From a virus, in IMG/VR virus record IMGVR_UViG_3300028578_000003, positions 64,001-128,000 of that record: a stretch of DNA of 64,000 nt; one strand, 5' to 3'. This document shows positions 19,105-28,523 of this stretch, in pieces; positions within the stretch are counted from its first letter, which is position 1, and each line of letters starts with the position of its first letter. Under the pieces are notes generated by a model, which ran no database searches, was not told the origin of the DNA, and worked only from the letters and a program-made list of their open reading frames with translations. Position numbers and translations under genes: made by a program.

Positions 19105-19607
19105 ACGCAATCGACCGCGCCGGGCCCGGGGGTGAGCCCACCGCGCTCGAACAGGCCCTGACCACCCTTGTGACGTCCCTGACCAACCTCGGGACAGAGG
19201 TCCGCGCCCTGCGGCTGGACGTGCAGGCCGGCGAGAGGCGCCGTAAGCGGGGCCAGAAGTGGATCGGTGCCGGCGTCGTCGTGGTGATCACGCTCGTGGC
19301 CCTGCTCGGTGTCGTGTCCTGGCAGAACCGTAAGGTCCTCGACTCGACCAGCCAGACCAACGAGACGATCCTGGAGTGCACGACGCCGGGCAGGCAGTGC
19401 TACGAGGAGGGTCGCAAGCGCACCGCCGAGGCGTTCCAGTACGTGCTCCTCGTGAGTATCTACATGGGACAGTGCGCGCGGCTCTACCCGGATGAGGCCG
19501 GACCGACCTACGACCGCAAGCTCAAAGAGTGCGTGCTCACCCGGCTGGGTCTTCCCGCCACGAGCCCGTCACCGTCGCCTACTCCCGCGCCCACTGGCGG
19601 CGGGTGA
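19101..19607 (+). CDS. Single-TM membrane protein with Cys-containing ectodomain (lysis region)
   Basis: One TM, ECTTPGRQC motif common in actinophage lysis cassettes. Confidence 0.65.
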   Translation: MNAIDRAGPGGEPTALEQALTTLVTSLTNLGTEVRALRLDVQAGERRRKRGQKWIGAGVVVVITLVALLGVVSWQNRKVLDSTSQTNETILECTTPGRQCYEEGRKRTAEAFQYVLLVSIYMGQCARLYPDEAGPTYDRKLKECVLTRLGLPATSPSPSPTPAPTGGG

Positions 19608-19636
19608 TCCCACCACACTCCACCGAGGGAGAGATC

Positions 19637-20020
19637 ATGAGTTCGTACCCTCAGGCGCCGGACCCCGGCCACGACCCGCGCGGGTTCCTCGTGGACCTGC
19701 TCGGCCGCCACTTCCCGCCCGGCCTGGTCGAGTCGACGATCCGGACCTGGGTGCCGATCACTATCGGCGCGCTGCTGTCCTGGATCAACGCCAACTACAC
19801 GATCGCGGTGCTGCCGAACCGGCCGTCCGCGACCGCGGTGATCGTCGCGACCGGTGTGGTCACCGCCGGCTACTACGCGCTGGCCCGGGTGGTCGAGCGC
19901 CGGTTTCCCCGGGTCGGCCAGTGGATGCTGGCGTTGAACCTGGTCAAGGCGAAACCGGTCTACGCGACGCCGGCTGAGACGGTCCGCATCGTAGGCCCGG
20001 ACGGGGTCCGCAGCGCCTAG
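19637..20020 (+). CDS. Putative holin
   Basis: STIRTWVP..IGALLSW...YYALARVVE...P.Y; two TMs, actinophage holin pattern. Confidence 0.72.
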   Translation: MSSYPQAPDPGHDPRGFLVDLLGRHFPPGLVESTIRTWVPITIGALLSWINANYTIAVLPNRPSATAVIVATGVVTAGYYALARVVERRFPRVGQWMLALNLVKAKPVYATPAETVRIVGPDGVRSA

Positions 20021-20169
20021 ATGGTGGCCGGCCCGAGATGGTGCAGGCAGGCGGCCGCGGCGAGCGCCAGCCCGAGCGCGGCCGCGCACGCGGCCAGGAA
20101 CCCGATGCCGGCAAGCGTCACCCGGACCCAGTAACGGCCGAGCAACGCCCGGACCCATTGACGGCTCAT
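20017..20169 (-). CDS. Small hydrophobic protein
   Basis: AGGAAGG RBS, 50 aa with one long TM; convergent with holin. Confidence 0.45.
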   Translation of the reverse strand: MSRQWVRALLGRYWVRVTLAGIGFLAACAAALGLALAAAACLHHLGPATI

Positions 20170-20235
20170 GTTGTGTGCGCCTTCCTGATTGGACCGGTCA
20201 GCGTATAGCCGCCGACCGCTCGTAACCCACGAAAT

Positions 20236-20277
20236 GGCCCCGCTCGCACCCATCAGGGTGCGGGCGGGGCCGTTTTT
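20236..20277 (+). terminator. Intrinsic terminator at the late/early convergence (possibly bidirectional)
   Basis: 16-bp stem GGCCCCGCTCGCACCC-atca-GGGTGCGGGCGGGGCC followed by GTTTTT. Confidence 0.85.
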
Positions 20278-20299
20278 GTGTTCGCGTCGTCTCTTCCGG

Positions 20300-20515
20300 T
20301 TACCGGTTGCTGATGACCTGGTCGACGACGTGCCAGGCCCGGACGGTGCTGGCGACCAGAAGCGCGGCCATACCCAGCCCGACCACGGCGACGGCGGCCC
20401 GCCCGGCGAGCCCCATCCGGGGCCGGGCCTCCCAGGGCGGAAGGCCCGGGCTCGTGTACGGGTCCGCGGACAACGGCTGGTCGCCCTGTTCCGCGTCGTA
20501 CCTGTCCGACCACAT
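20300..20515 (-). CDS. Small membrane protein
   Basis: Single TM, immediately downstream of putative endolysin. Confidence 0.5.
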   Translation of the reverse strand: MWSDRYDAEQGDQPLSADPYTSPGLPPWEARPRMGLAGRAAVAVVGLGMAALLVASTVRAWHVVDQVISNR

Positions 20516-20518
20516 CGT

Positions 20519-21424
20519 TCAGCCGGTGGTGGTGAGCAGTTGGCCGACCTCGTTCGCCTTGTCGCCGAGCTCCTGACGGAGCCAGTCGGCGATCTGCTGC
20601 GGGGTGTCGCCAGCGAACAGGGCCACGGCCCGCTCCGGCAACGCCTCGATCCCGTCCTGCAGGGCGGTCAGGTCCTGCTGCAGCTGCGCCTTGGTGGCCT
20701 CGTCGACGTTGCCGACCGCGGTGGCGAGCGCCTTGACCGCGCCGGTCATCCAGGCGGCCCAGACCTGCAGCGGCACCCGGCCGGAGCCGGCGGGGTTGGG
20801 GATGCCCCTGGTCACCGCGAAGACGATGTCGCGGAATTCCTTGGACTGTTCCGGGGTCATGTCTGTCTCCGTCCTGGCCTGCCAGTCGGCAAGCTTCTCT
20901 CCACGTAGGACGGACAGCACGCCGTCGAGGGCGGCCCAGTCCTCGCAGAACTGCCTGATGATCGAGAGGTGGATATGCCACAGGTGGGTCTCGTCGCGAC
21001 CCGGGTCCGGGCCCGCGTCCGCGCCGACGCCGAGCGGCAGGCCACCGACCAGCACGTAGCAGTAGACGGTGCGGTTGTCCTTGGTGCCGATGAACTCACG
21101 CAGCACCGGTCCGCGGGGGGTGTAGAGGCGCACGTCGCGGGCCCGGGCGGCGGCGTCGAGCCGGCCGGTGTACTTGCGCATCGCGGCGTCGGACAGGGTC
21201 AGGTCGATCGCCGACGCTTTGGCTCCCGAGCCGAGCTTGTCGGCGGGGACGTGGCGGCCAGTCGAGTAGTCCAGCAGCCGCAACGCGTTGCGGTAGTTGT
21301 GGTACCCGTCCTTGGACGCGTACACGCCGCTGAGCAGGGCGGACGACTCGATCTCGTCGAAGTCGGTCCACAGTCGCCAGATCGCGGCCGAGATCTGGTC
21401 CGTGTTCGGGTTATGCGCCGCCAT
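20519..21424 (-). CDS. Putative endolysin (Zn peptidase, Hedgehog/DD-peptidase-like catalytic domain)
   Basis: GYHN...ASAIDLT...REFIG...HLWHIHLS metal ligands, then linker (DMTPEQ) and helical C-terminus as in actinophage lysins. Confidence 0.7.
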   Translation of the reverse strand: MAAHNPNTDQISAAIWRLWTDFDEIESSALLSGVYASKDGYHNYRNALRLLDYSTGRHVPADKLGSGAKASAIDLTLSDAAMRKYTGRLDAAARARDVRLYTPRGPVLREFIGTKDNRTVYCYVLVGGLPLGVGADAGPDPGRDETHLWHIHLSIIRQFCEDWAALDGVLSVLRGEKLADWQARTETDMTPEQSKEFRDIVFAVTRGIPNPAGSGRVPLQVWAAWMTGAVKALATAVGNVDEATKAQLQQDLTALQDGIEALPERAVALFAGDTPQQIADWLRQELGDKANEVGQLLTTTG

Positions 21425-21671
21425 CGTCGCCCTCGCCCTCGCCGGGGACAGCGATCACGTCGTACTCGTCGCCGACCGCGGCCTGGATCGCCCGGCCGCC
21501 GTCGAGTTCGCGGCCCTGCTCCTCGCGGACGTGGAAGCCGTCGTCGCGCCAGTCGTACAGCCAGGCTCGGCTGGCTGTCTTGTCGGCGGCCAGGAACCCG
21601 GCCGGGTACCGGCTGGCCCGCTCCTGGCCGTTGAGCGGTCCGCCGTGACATGTGCCCTTCAGCAGCCCCAC
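21411..21671 (-). CDS. Hypothetical protein
   Basis: GGPLNG motif, GGGAGG RBS, overlaps lysin start. Confidence 0.6.
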   Translation of the reverse strand: MGLLKGTCHGGPLNGQERASRYPAGFLAADKTASRAWLYDWRDDGFHVREEQGRELDGGRAIQAAVGDEYDVIAVPGEGEGDDGGA

Positions 21672-21759
21672 CGGCCCACCTCCCCCATCAATTCGCTACC
21701 CATGCCGCGAAAACCACCATATAGGACGGGTCGGACTCTTTTCGGGTCATGGGATTACG

Positions 21760-21808
21760 AAAAGGCGGCGGCCACCGCCGACCTCAGCCGACGTGGTGGC
21801 CACCGCCT
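21760..21808 (-). terminator. Intrinsic terminator (minus strand)
   Basis: 14-bp IR with G-U only on minus strand, followed by U-run. Confidence 0.7.
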
Positions 21809-21829
21809 CAAGGCGCGGGTGAGGTTGGT

Positions 21830-22393
21830 CTAGATGTCGTTCCAGCGAACCTGCGCGGCTGTTTCCGCCAGCGCCTTCCTCGCCTGCGCCAGCGCCTCAG
21901 GCCAGGCGACAACCAGGTTGTCGACGTACACCGAGTCCTGGTTTTTCAGCCGACCGTCGTTGGTGATCGCCCCACACGCGTCCTCGAAGGTGTCGAACAC
22001 GTGCATCTCGCTGCCCCCGTCCCGGTAGACGTCGAGAAGCTGTATGTCGCGGTAGAAGGCGCACAAGGCGACCACGAACCGACCGCGCTCGGTCTCCGCG
22101 ATGTGGATCGTCCAGCCCTTGCTGTACTTGCCGCCAGCGCCCTGGTCCTCGGGGATGTGTGGCAGGCCGGGCGGGTCGGTGAGCCACCGGCCGGCGAAAC
22201 GCTCCCGGCGTACGAGCTTGACGCCGTCGTGGATCCGCACCTCGCACGCCTCGGTCCCGCCGAGGTGAGCCGCGAGCGCGGACTCGACGAACGTCGAGAG
22301 GGGGACACCGGCCCGCCTGGCGTTCGCGGTGGCGCGCTCCCACAGCGTCTCGCTCTCCGGGCCGACGCTCAGGGTCCGATTCTTGGTCGCCAT
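21830..22393 (-). CDS. Ribbon-helix-helix / EXLDI-like protein
   Basis: KNRTLSV...LWERA...LSTFVESAL (RHH) then RFAGRWL...TERGRFVV. Confidence 0.55.
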   Translation of the reverse strand: MATKNRTLSVGPESETLWERATANARRAGVPLSTFVESALAAHLGGTEACEVRIHDGVKLVRRERFAGRWLTDPPGLPHIPEDQGAGGKYSKGWTIHIAETERGRFVVALCAFYRDIQLLDVYRDGGSEMHVFDTFEDACGAITNDGRLKNQDSVYVDNLVVAWPEALAQARKALAETAAQVRWNDI

Positions 22394-22490
22394 AGCTGTG
22401 ATCCTCACGTAATAGGAGTGACATCCACAGTCTATACGTGACTCCCGCATATCGCTATGGCCTATCGTGCCAGCCTCACCAGCAGACGCC

Positions 22491-22955
22491 CTACTCGGAC
22501 CGGACCCCCGCCATGCGCTTAATCACGGCGCTGATCAGCTCGTCTGCCTTCGACTCCTCGGCTTTGTCCAGGCCGTACCCGTCCCTCCATCCCGCGATCA
22601 GGCCGACCTGGTTCAGCGCCCTGTAGATGTCGTACTGCCAGCTCGAATCGCCGGTCATCCCGTACTTGGGATCGGCACGACCACACCAGAACGAGGTCAG
22701 CAGTTCCGTCAGGTAGTCACGGACGGTGCCGTAGCCGTCCACCGCTGCGGCCAACGCCCGGTCCAGGTCCTCGACGGTGGGCTCGCCTGCGCGGGCTTTC
22801 TCGTCGCGGTCCCGCTTCCACCCGGCGACGTAGCCGGCCAGCGTGCCGCCGTCGCGGATGTACCGCTCCAACGGCGTCAACACCCCCGACCCGGCCGGCT
22901 TCTCGGCGAGGTGATCGATGAGCGCCTCGCGCTCCGCGATATTCAGGTCGGTCAC
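22491..22955 (-). CDS. Hypothetical phage protein
   Basis: TVRDYLTELL...KYGMTGDSSWQYDIY..L; GGAGGAG RBS. Confidence 0.7.
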   Translation of the reverse strand: MTDLNIAEREALIDHLAEKPAGSGVLTPLERYIRDGGTLAGYVAGWKRDRDEKARAGEPTVEDLDRALAAAVDGYGTVRDYLTELLTSFWCGRADPKYGMTGDSSWQYDIYRALNQVGLIAGWRDGYGLDKAEESKADELISAVIKRMAGVRSE

Positions 22956-23605
22956 GATGGCTCCTCCACTCGGATCTTCTTGACATACATCAGGCAGGAC
23001 ACGCAGGTCGCTGGCCCGCCGGCACCGCCGGACAGGTCGAGCGGCCGCGCGCGCCGCTCGGACTCGCGCAACGCCCGGCCCGCGCGGTGCCGCCGCGGCC
23101 GCCGCGCGGCGCCGGACACCACGTCGACCTTCGGGACGACGTGGCCGAGGTGGTGAGACTGCCCGTGCCGGGGGCGGGCGTGGCCGTTGCGGAGCACCTC
23201 CACTTCGACGGCGACGCCGGTCACGGCGGCTTCCCATTCCGCCCGGTCGGCGTCGTCGAGGGCCTTACGCGTGGCGTCGAGTTGCTCCCGGCGTTCAGCG
23301 GCCGCGGCCCGGGCCTCGAGCAGCCACTGCGGCAGCGGCGGATCCAGGTCCCGATCGTGGGCCAGCAGCAGCACATGCATCTGCAGCACGTTCGGTGGAT
23401 AGTCGTGGCCGAGCACCGCGACCTGCCAGTCCCAGCTACGCGGCAGCAGGGTCTGCCGGCGCAGTTTCGCCGGGTCGACGAACCCGCCGTCGGCGCGTAG
23501 CGAGGCCTCGGCGTCGGCGAGCAGCTGCTCGTACTCCGGGTACGTCGGCGCCGGCCGCTCCGGCAGCGGGAGCAGCCCGTCGACGAGCAACCTCTTCCGC
23601 TTCAC
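22952..23605 (-). CDS. Hypothetical protein
   Basis: GTGA overlaps on both sides; GGAGG RBS; CxxC near C-terminus. Confidence 0.65.
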   Translation of the reverse strand: MKRKRLLVDGLLPLPERPAPTYPEYEQLLADAEASLRADGGFVDPAKLRRQTLLPRSWDWQVAVLGHDYPPNVLQMHVLLLAHDRDLDPPLPQWLLEARAAAAERREQLDATRKALDDADRAEWEAAVTGVAVEVEVLRNGHARPRHGQSHHLGHVVPKVDVVSGAARRPRRHRAGRALRESERRARPLDLSGGAGGPATCVSCLMYVKKIRVEEPS

Positions 23606-23973
23606 TGCGCACCTCCGATCGCGGGCTGCTCGCCGACCGCCAGTGCAGCGTCGGTGAGGCTGCCCCAATCCGGCTGCGGGCCGCCGTTACGCCATCTCCC
23701 GATCGCGTGGAACAGCCGGATGCTGTCCTCCGCCACCGGGATCTGGAACAGCTCGGCGAACCGCAGGTACGTCTCGCACGGCCACGGGCAGGGCTTGCCG
23801 CTTGAGTCCCGGCAGGTCTTGCACCGCGAGTCGAGCCGGTCCATATCCTTCAGCTCACGCGCGCCATGTAGCTCATCCAGCAACCGGATCGCGTCGATGA
23901 TCTGCTGGAGGCGGTTTGTCGCACCGTACGCGGTGACCGTGAGCAGGTTCTCCGGTGTCGGCTCAGCCGGCAT
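23602..23973 (-). CDS. Hypothetical Cys-rich phage protein
   Basis: LH...CKTC...PWPCET motif common in actinophages. Confidence 0.65.
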   Translation of the reverse strand: MPAEPTPENLLTVTAYGATNRLQQIIDAIRLLDELHGARELKDMDRLDSRCKTCRDSSGKPCPWPCETYLRFAELFQIPVAEDSIRLFHAIGRWRNGGPQPDWGSLTDAALAVGEQPAIGGAQ

Positions 23974-25441
23974 ACGCGGCCTCCGCCACCTCGTCGTCGC
24001 CGTCTTCGGCGTCAGGATCAGGGTCACCGAACTCGGTGGCGGGGGCGGCCTGGCACGCGAGCTCCTCGACCGGGCTCAACGCGTACCCGTTCGCCTCGAG
24101 GAACCGCAGGTACCGTGCCGTGCCGTCGCGGCGGTAACGCCACGAGTTGGTGTCGGTCATCTCCTCGTACGCGCACAACACGATGCCGAGCGCGACCATC
24201 TGGGCGCGTGCCTCGCTGGTCGACGCGGTCACCAGGCTGTCCAGGCCGGTGCCCTCCTGCTCGCCCCGCCGCCAGCCCTTGGCCGGCTCGGGCAGGCCGA
24301 ACAGCAGGTGCGCGACCGTGTTGCCCTTCTCCCGGGCCGAGCTGATCTGGTAGTCGTCCGACGAAGCCAGGCACGAGGCCAGGAACGCCGCAGCGCCCTT
24401 CGGCGCGGCCTTACGGGTCAGGAACGCGCGCAGCCAGTCCCGGCGAACCTTCTCGCCGGTGCGCCACGCCGCGTTGTTCTCCCGCACCTCACGGCGCTCC
24501 TGCTTGGCTTTCTCCGCGTCCTCGGCCTTGCGGGCGCCGGCGCTGTCGCTGCCCCACCGGTCACGGTGCCCGTTGGCCTTCGGGTCGACGCAGATGTCCA
24601 CCGCGTCCCAGCCGTTGCCGGAACGCTTCTCGGTCAGGTAGACGGCCCGGCCGGGGCACTTGCGGTGCTTGGCCTTGGTCAGCTGCTCGCCGCTGGCGAC
24701 GTCGATGAGGTTGTCCAGCGACTGCCGCCACATGGCCCCGGTGTACTCGACGACCGTGACGCCTTTGCTTTCCAGCTTGGCCAGCAGGTCGGCTTTCGCC
24801 CGCGCCGACTCGCGGTTATCGCGGGCCCGGCTCAGCACGTAGTCGAAGTTGACGCCCCGCCCGGCGGCCGCCACCAACGCCTTGACCGTCTCTTTGTCGT
24901 CGTCGAACTCGGCGACCGCTGCGCCCTGCGCGAGGGTCAGGAACGCGTACCTGTTGACGACCGCTTTCGCGGACTTGCTGGCGGCGACGGCCAGAGCGGC
25001 GTCGACGTCGGCACGGGGCCGAGCGGTCCGCCGGGCGATCTCGCCGGCCGGCACCCCGAGCAGGGTCAGCTGGTCGTAAGCGTGGACACGGTCGGCGGGC
25101 GTGACCGCCTCGCGGTGGTCGTTCTCGACGAGCTGGTCGACCAGCCGGTCGACGTCCTCCGGTGCGCTCATCACCCGGACCGGTACCGTCGCACGCTCAG
25201 CGGCGATCGCGCCCAGCGTCCGCCTATGTCCAATCAGGACCTCCAGGTCGCCTCCGTTGTCGAACGCGACGATGGGCTGCAGCACGCCGCGTTCGCGGAT
25301 GCTTTCGACGAACTCGGCGTCAACCTTGGTGTCTATACGGACGTTCCGCTTGAGGATCAGCGCGCGGGGGTCGACGTCGACGTAGTAGCTTTCCGGCTCC
25401 CCGGCAGGGATCCGGTCTTCGGCGATAGCGGGCGCGTTCAA
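23963..25441 (-). CDS. parB: ParB/RepB/Spo0J-family protein
   Basis: NVR, FVESIRERGVLQPI, GHRR, VPV, QLVENDHRE motifs plus HTH; TTG start after GAGGAG (alternative start 25474). Confidence 0.85.
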   Translation of the reverse strand: MNAPAIAEDRIPAGEPESYYVDVDPRALILKRNVRIDTKVDAEFVESIRERGVLQPIVAFDNGGDLEVLIGHRRTLGAIAAERATVPVRVMSAPEDVDRLVDQLVENDHREAVTPADRVHAYDQLTLLGVPAGEIARRTARPRADVDAALAVAASKSAKAVVNRYAFLTLAQGAAVAEFDDDKETVKALVAAAGRGVNFDYVLSRARDNRESARAKADLLAKLESKGVTVVEYTGAMWRQSLDNLIDVASGEQLTKAKHRKCPGRAVYLTEKRSGNGWDAVDICVDPKANGHRDRWGSDSAGARKAEDAEKAKQERREVRENNAAWRTGEKVRRDWLRAFLTRKAAPKGAAAFLASCLASSDDYQISSAREKGNTVAHLLFGLPEPAKGWRRGEQEGTGLDSLVTASTSEARAQMVALGIVLCAYEEMTDTNSWRYRRDGTARYLRFLEANGYALSPVEELACQAAPATEFGDPDPDAEDGDDEVAEAAYAG

Positions 25442-25496
25442 AATGGCTCCTCTTGTCCGGGTCTCTAGTTCCACTTCCGCAGGTGGGAGTGCCTTT

Positions 25497-25976
25497 CTAG
25501 AAGGCTTGGGGCGGGCTGAACGGGCCGGTGGTGACGAGCCTCTGGTGCGCGGCCAGGGTGGCGCGGCCTTCGTCGGTGAGCTCGTACGTTCCCGCCGTGG
25601 TGCCGTCGGGCAGCAGTTGGATCAGGCCGATCTCGGCGCAGATGCTGGCGAGCCGGGTACACCGCTGCCAGGTGCGCCGGTTCATGGCGTACCGGCTGCT
25701 GCGCTGTTCGACGCGGTAGACCCGCCCGGCCTCGACCTCGCGGAGGAAGAGGATGTCTGCGGGGTCGGCCGGCAGGTAGCGGGCGTCCCGCGTCGGGTGC
25801 TTGGCCATCACCGTGCGGTCACCGCGGAACCGGATGAGCAGGTTGTCGGCCTCGGCGCCGACGATGGCCCCGGCCCGGCGTTTGATTTCGATGTGGATCA
25901 GGCCGGCGGCCGGCACGGCGAACTGTTCCCGGATGTGCGCCAGCCCGTCACCGGGCAGGCTGGTCGACTCAGGCAC
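25497..25976 (-). CDS. Hypothetical protein with C-terminal winged-helix-like end
   Basis: YELTDEGR motif; overlaps neighbour. Confidence 0.6.
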   Translation of the reverse strand: MPESTSLPGDGLAHIREQFAVPAAGLIHIEIKRRAGAIVGAEADNLLIRFRGDRTVMAKHPTRDARYLPADPADILFLREVEAGRVYRVEQRSSRYAMNRRTWQRCTRLASICAEIGLIQLLPDGTTAGTYELTDEGRATLAAHQRLVTTGPFSPPQAF

Positions 25977-27120
25977 TGGGCACCAACTCCCCCGGCGTGG
26001 CTTCGACGATCCGGCCGTCGACGGACGGCCACTGCTGCCATGGGCGCCCGTCCAGTTCGTACCCGGCGCTCTTGCCCGGGAAGAACCGCATCGGCGCGTG
26101 CGGCTCGTTGTCGGCGAGTGCTTTCCGTTCCGTCGACCACGGCTTGCCGGTGGCCTCGGTGATCATCCATTCGTACCGGTGGGCCCACACCGGGTAAGCG
26201 TGCGTGGCGCCGACCTTCTCCGCCGCGAGCTTCGCCGCGGCGAGCTCCTCGTCGGTGCCCTGCCAGCCGGTGGCCGGGTCGCACAGCGGGACCTGCCATG
26301 GAGCGGGGGCCCAGTTCCCCCACTGCTTGAAGAAGAACGCGATGCCGGCGGCGCTCGCCTGGTCGCGCAGGTCGCGGGCCCACTGCGGGTGCATCGGTCG
26401 GACGTCGTCGCGGCGGCCGGACTCACCGCCGACAATGACCCAGTCGAGGTGGACGTCAGACCGCTCGGGGTCGGCGGTGAGGACGCCCCTCACTGTCCGG
26501 ATGATCCGGCCGTCGAGAGCGTTCATGAAGCGGCCATTGCCGAGCGGGATGCTGTCGAGCCGGACCGGGCCGAGCAGTGGCTCGCACGAGGCGATCCGGA
26601 TCGCGGCCGGGGTACGGAACAGCCAGGGTAGCCGGATCTGCGCGTACCGCTGGTTCTCCACGCTGGCGCCGAGCCAGACGTTTGGCAGAATGCCGTACTT
26701 GGCGACCATGGCGGTGACGATGTCGTGCATCCGCTTGGCCAGCTTGGAGAAGATCACGTAGATGTGCTGTGGGGTGGCGGCCATCATCTGCCACACCTTG
26801 TCGATGAACTCGCGGCTGACCTGCGGGTCGAACAGTTCCATCAACGCGTTCACGAAGATCATGTGTGGGGTCTTGGTCCGGAGCGGGCGCTCCAGCCGCT
26901 CCGGGAACGTGATGACCTTCCCGGTCCACACGGTCCGGCCGGCGTCGTCCTTGGCGACGATGCCGCCGCGGCCCTCGTAGTGGGCCTGCCGGATCGCCGA
27001 CCGTGGCGCGAAGCACGACCGGCAGCCGGTCGAGCGGGGCGTGCAGCCGATGCCGGGGTTCAGCGTCCACGGTCGGTAGCCGGGCTGGTCCAGCCAGCCG
27101 ATGAGCGACCCCTCAGCCAC
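25969..27120 (-). CDS. DUF5131 (phage Gp37/Gp68) family protein
   Basis: NPGIGCTPRSTGCRSCFA, NVWLGASVENQ, SCEPLLGP, DWVIVGGESG, FFFKQWG. Confidence 0.92.
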   Translation of the reverse strand: MAEGSLIGWLDQPGYRPWTLNPGIGCTPRSTGCRSCFAPRSAIRQAHYEGRGGIVAKDDAGRTVWTGKVITFPERLERPLRTKTPHMIFVNALMELFDPQVSREFIDKVWQMMAATPQHIYVIFSKLAKRMHDIVTAMVAKYGILPNVWLGASVENQRYAQIRLPWLFRTPAAIRIASCEPLLGPVRLDSIPLGNGRFMNALDGRIIRTVRGVLTADPERSDVHLDWVIVGGESGRRDDVRPMHPQWARDLRDQASAAGIAFFFKQWGNWAPAPWQVPLCDPATGWQGTDEELAAAKLAAEKVGATHAYPVWAHRYEWMITEATGKPWSTERKALADNEPHAPMRFFPGKSAGYELDGRPWQQWPSVDGRIVEATPGELVPSA

Positions 27121-27499
27121 GAGGCACCGCCTCGAACGGTTCGAGCAGGGGCCACACCAGGTCGGGGCGATTGATGTCGAGGGCGGCGATCGCGTCCGCC
27201 AGCTTGGCGCGCGGGAGAAGCCCGAGTTCCTCGTAGACGAGGGCCTCGTGATCCCAGGCGCCGAAGAAGCAGAACCCGCCGCCGGCGGCTGAGGTGCCGG
27301 TGGCGTCGGCCCGGTCGAGGCGACCACGCGGGTCGGTGACCGCGTTGTGCTCGGCGCCGGGGAACCGGCGCTCAAATTCCTCGGTCAGCCGTGCCAGGAT
27401 CTTTTCGCGGGTGCCCCACGCCTCGGGGCGATCCCACTCGGTGGACCAGATGACGTACAGGTCCACGTCACGGTCGGCCTTGATCACGACGTCAGCCAC
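27113..27499 (-). CDS. Hypothetical protein
   Basis: DLYVIWST...RLDRADATGTS; coupled to neighbours. Confidence 0.65.
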   Translation of the reverse strand: MADVVIKADRDVDLYVIWSTEWDRPEAWGTREKILARLTEEFERRFPGAEHNAVTDPRGRLDRADATGTSAAGGGFCFFGAWDHEALVYEELGLLPRAKLADAIAALDINRPDLVWPLLEPFEAVPRG

Positions 27500-27908
27500 G
27501 GTCGGCCGCCTCGGGCATCTCCCAGACGTGGCGGACGGGATTCCAGCGGCCGGCGCGGGCGACCCGGTGCAGGTCCGGCTGGGCGCCGGGGTCGCCGGGC
27601 TGGCAGGGGATCCAGCCGGTCAGCGGCGCGTCGGCGTCGGTCGCCTGGCGCACGAACAGCCCGTGCGCGGCGGCCTCGGCGGTGCCACGGGCCCGGCCGG
27701 TCCACAGGTCCTCGCCGCAGTCGTGTCCGTCGTCGTTGCCGATCGGGTGCCCGGCGACGTGCCAGTCGTCGGCGTGCGTGATGCGCTGCTGACCGGTCGC
27801 GAGGCAGACCGCCGTTAGGCAGTCGATCCGGTGTTTGGTGCCGATCGGCACCTCGCAGCCGGGGTCGGGGCACTGGTCAGCGATCGCCAGCTGGGGCAGG
27901 TCAGGCAT
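27492..27908 (-). CDS. Hypothetical Cys/His-rich protein
   Basis: CPDPGC...H..DC...C; AGGAG RBS; motif promoter upstream. Confidence 0.65.
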   Translation of the reverse strand: MPDLPQLAIADQCPDPGCEVPIGTKHRIDCLTAVCLATGQQRITHADDWHVAGHPIGNDDGHDCGEDLWTGRARGTAEAAAHGLFVRQATDADAPLTGWIPCQPGDPGAQPDLHRVARAGRWNPVRHVWEMPEAADRG

Positions 27909-27947
27909 TCGAGGGCTCCTGCTGGTCGAAGGGGATTCCACCCGCCC

Positions 27948-27984
27948 AGGCTACACCGACCCCCGGAAAATACACAGCACCGTG
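27948..27984 (-). promoter_or_regulatory. Element-specific promoter CACGGTG-N24-TAGCCT
   Basis: Matches repeated promoter architecture; heads the 27.9-22.5 kb operon. Confidence 0.65.
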
Positions 27985-28523
27985 ACGGAGATTTTCCGCC
28001 CCCCTGGTGGCAGGTCGGGTTTGACCAGACGCGCCCGATTAGCTGCGAGGGTTCCGATTGCACCGGAAACGCGCCCGTTGCGCGGGTAGCATCGCTGGTC
28101 AAGGAAGTGTGGATCAGTCCGACCACCTGCCGTGCGCTCCCCACGCCGCACACCGAGCTCAACCAGCTCGACGGCCCCTGGGCGCACAACACACGCTTTG
28201 CTCTGTTCCGGGGGGAATGCGGCGGCGGCGCAGGACCGGGCAGGGTGCGGAGGCCATGCACAACCGCCCCAGTCCTACGCCGCCGCCGCGCACCGCAGCT
28301 AAGCCGGTAGCCGCGGCGCCGAGGGATCAGCCGACCGTAGTCGGTCCTCCCCCCCGCTCGCCGACCTTCACCGTCGGCGATCGGAAGATCTATGTGCACG
28401 CCGGCAGGGGGCCGGACGAGGGCGCGGGATTCCGCACAACGGCACGATACCCCGCGACACGGCAGTAAGGGCGAAACCGGACACTTCCGGATGTCATCCT
28501 CACCTCATTCGGGCGACCGTGCC

